Of a DNA stretch of 52,353 bases, positions 50,747 to 52,353 are shown in pieces; the stretch's first letter is position 1, and each line of letters opens with the position of its first letter. The DNA is from an uncultured Mediterranea sp. GTDB lineage: Bacteria > Bacteroidota > Bacteroidia > Bacteroidales > Bacteroidaceae. The stretch covers positions 1 to 52,353 of the forward strand of contig CALNEX010000001.1 in the NCBI GenBank assembly GCA_939791845.1. Direction: 5' to 3'. Under the pieces are notes generated by a model. The model was not told the origin of the DNA. It was given only the letters and a program-made list of their open reading frames with translations, and made no database searches. The position numbers were made by a program, and so were the translations under genes.

Positions 50747-50974
50747 ATGAACGTACAAAGCATCGGAGAAAACGCCGGCATCGTTTGGAAACAGCTGGCA
50801 AGCGAACACCGCAAATGGGAATACGCTGAAGTGAAAGCGGGCACCGGCCTGGCCGACCGCGACTTGAACGCCGCCATCGGATGGCTGGCACGCGAAGGCA
50901 AAGTGGAAATTGAGGAAAGCAAGGTGGGACGCAAGACCATCATCTACCTCACGCTGTGCTACTACATCAGCTGA
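50747..50974 (+). CDS. Small winged-helix protein (DUF2582-like)
   Basis: IGENAGIVWKQL...LNAAIGWLAREGK; TACCTTTG at 50706-50713. Confidence 0.85.
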   Translation: MNVQSIGENAGIVWKQLASEHRKWEYAEVKAGTGLADRDLNAAIGWLAREGKVEIEESKVGRKTIIYLTLCYYIS

Positions 50975-50995
50975 CACACGCCTGTGGATAAGAAC

Positions 50996-51026
50996 AAGGG
51001 GAGCTCCTCGCGGGGTTCCCCTTTTC
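50996..51026 (+). terminator. Rho-independent terminator
   Basis: AAGGGGAGCTCC-TCGC-GGGGTTCCCCTT followed by TT. Confidence 0.75.
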
Positions 51027-51029
51027 TAT

Positions 51030-51212
51030 TTTTAAGACATAGGAACATAAGGACATATTTATAGTTAGATCATTTTTTAGACATAAGAACAAAGGAACAT
51101 ATTATTCATTAGACATAGAAACATAGGGACATATTCGTTTCATCTCACCGTAATACGAGCAAAAATATGTTCCTTTGTTCCTATGTCTAATAAATATGTC
51201 CCTTTGTCAAAT
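51030..51212. repeat. Empty (ORF-less) hairpin element of the GACATAGGA family
   Basis: Three left triplets (for example AGACATAGGAACATAAGGACATATT) and inverted right units AATATGTTCCTTTGTTCCTATGTCTAA. Confidence 0.85.
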
Positions 51213-51215
51213 AAA

Positions 51216-52353
51216 TCACTCTGTCTTGATACTCTCCACCGGATTCTCGTTGGCAATGCTCCAAGCCTTGAGGATGACGATGACAACAATGAGCACCAGC
51301 AGCACCACGGCCAGCAAGACGAAGTGCAGGACGCTGACCTCGGCTTGCCCGGCAAACTGCGTCAGCCACTCCGTGCCCACATACCAGGCCACGGCAGTGC
51401 CCAACGCCACGCAAGGAAACGCCACCCAGAGGATGCCGCGCGAGAGCAACGCCAGGATATCGCCCGCCGTGGCCCCGTTGACCTTGCGGATGGCTATCTC
51501 CTTGGCGCGGCGACCCGTCTCGTCGTTGACGTAGCCGATGAGACCCATCAGCACGATGAGGACGATGAAGAGCGAGGTGAGCATCACGGAGTTGCGGAAG
51601 CGGGAAACGTCCCAGTACATATTGCGGTGCAATTCATCCACACTGACAAAGTGCAGCCCCACGTCGGGGAAAGCCTCCTTCATAAAGGCATTCAGCTGCT
51701 TCAGGTTATCGTCGTAAGGCTCTTTCAAGCGGACGTTGAAGGCGTGGTAGACAGTGGCATACGCTAGAGCGATGGGATTCTGTCCATTGGCAAAACCGGA
51801 GTTGCGCACATCGCGGAAGACACCCACGATGGGATAATCCTCCTGCCGGCCAGGACGGAAGTTGTTCAGCCGCTTACCGATGGCACCATCCGTCCAGCCC
51901 ATGAGGCGCACCACTTCCTCATTGACTATGACTTCTCCCAATCGCTCAGGGGCATGACCTTCGAGCATTTGGATGCCAGTCACTTGCACGTAATCCTTGC
52001 CACAGGGATTCCAGTTGAGGATAGCGATGCGCTTGCCGCTGTTGTCTATCAGCCCTTGCGTCCAGTAATCCCACAAGATGCCGTTGGCGGCTGTGGTGAC
52101 ACCCTCCACGTAGGGTTGGCGGCGGATATAGTCGCAGACGGATTCGCCTTGTTCCCCATCCATCCAATTCTCCGCCTGCACGAGGCCGGGGATACGGAAA
52201 CCCATGTCGGCGTTGATAAGCATGGTGTATTGCATCGCAGTCACCAGCAGCAGCCCCAACACAAAGCTGACGCCCGCGAACTGCACGGCCAGCAGCCCGC
52301 GCTTCCAGCCCTTCTTGCCATCGGTGTAGCGGCGGAACACCTGCGTGACGGGT
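51216..52353 (-). CDS. ABC transporter permease (MacB/FtsX family), 3' portion
   Basis: KRGLLAVQF; DMGF; VIVNE; IVGVFRD; RRAKEIAIRKVNGA; ANENPVESIKTE. Confidence 0.9.
   Translation of the reverse strand, partial: PVTQVFRRYTDGKKGWKRGLLAVQFAGVSFVLGLLLVTAMQYTMLINADMGFRIPGLVQAENWMDGEQGESVCDYIRRQPYVEGVTTAANGILWDYWTQGLIDNSGKRIAILNWNPCGKDYVQVTGIQMLEGHAPERLGEVIVNEEVVRLMGWTDGAIGKRLNNFRPGRQEDYPIVGVFRDVRNSGFANGQNPIALAYATVYHAFNVRLKEPYDDNLKQLNAFMKEAFPDVGLHFVSVDELHRNMYWDVSRFRNSVMLTSLFIVLIVLMGLIGYVNDETGRRAKEIAIRKVNGATAGDILALLSRGILWVAFPCVALGTAVAWYVGTEWLTQFAGQAEVSVLHFVLLAVVLLVLIVVIVILKAWSIANENPVESIKTE

Overview
High-GC Bacteroidales (Bacteroidaceae-like) chromosomal window, judged from TAnnTTTG promoters and gene content. 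Left half (about 0.35-28.1 kb): after the 5' end of dnaB (minus strand) come a RelE/HigB-HigA toxin-antitoxin pair, a secreted M16 metallopeptidase and a 22-kb type V (lipoprotein, proteinase-processed) pilus/fimbrial cluster. The cluster holds a DUF3575 barrel, a DUF3868/OmpA-TPR lipoprotein, an Mfa2/FimB-like anchor, a major pilin, an HU-like DUF4469 protein, a 1447-aa adhesin and six further pilins/tip proteins. A GNRA-rich structured-RNA candidate, the Crp-family regulator Cur and a second paralogous TA pair follow. Right half is mostly housekeeping: GH2 beta-galactosidase, trxB, lolA-like, ftsK, TRIC, a degenerate wecB-like gene, a DUF5686 OMP, rarA, relA/spoT, dgkA, MFS, panB, HAD, MATE and an ABC permease. 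The intergenic DNA is rich in repeat systems: (i) hairpin elements whose arms are three 9-bp units with TTTAG...CTAAA-type ends, in three sequence families, one enclosing a deleted GxxExxY nuclease gene next to an empty copy (RAYT/REPIN-like, but apparently with a different enzyme); (ii) five arrays of palindromic cores phased at 22-23 bp, in four sequence families; (iii) GTAG-type REPs. No CRISPR, integrase, IS transposase or reverse transcriptase is visible. All family assignments come from motif recognition, not database searches.
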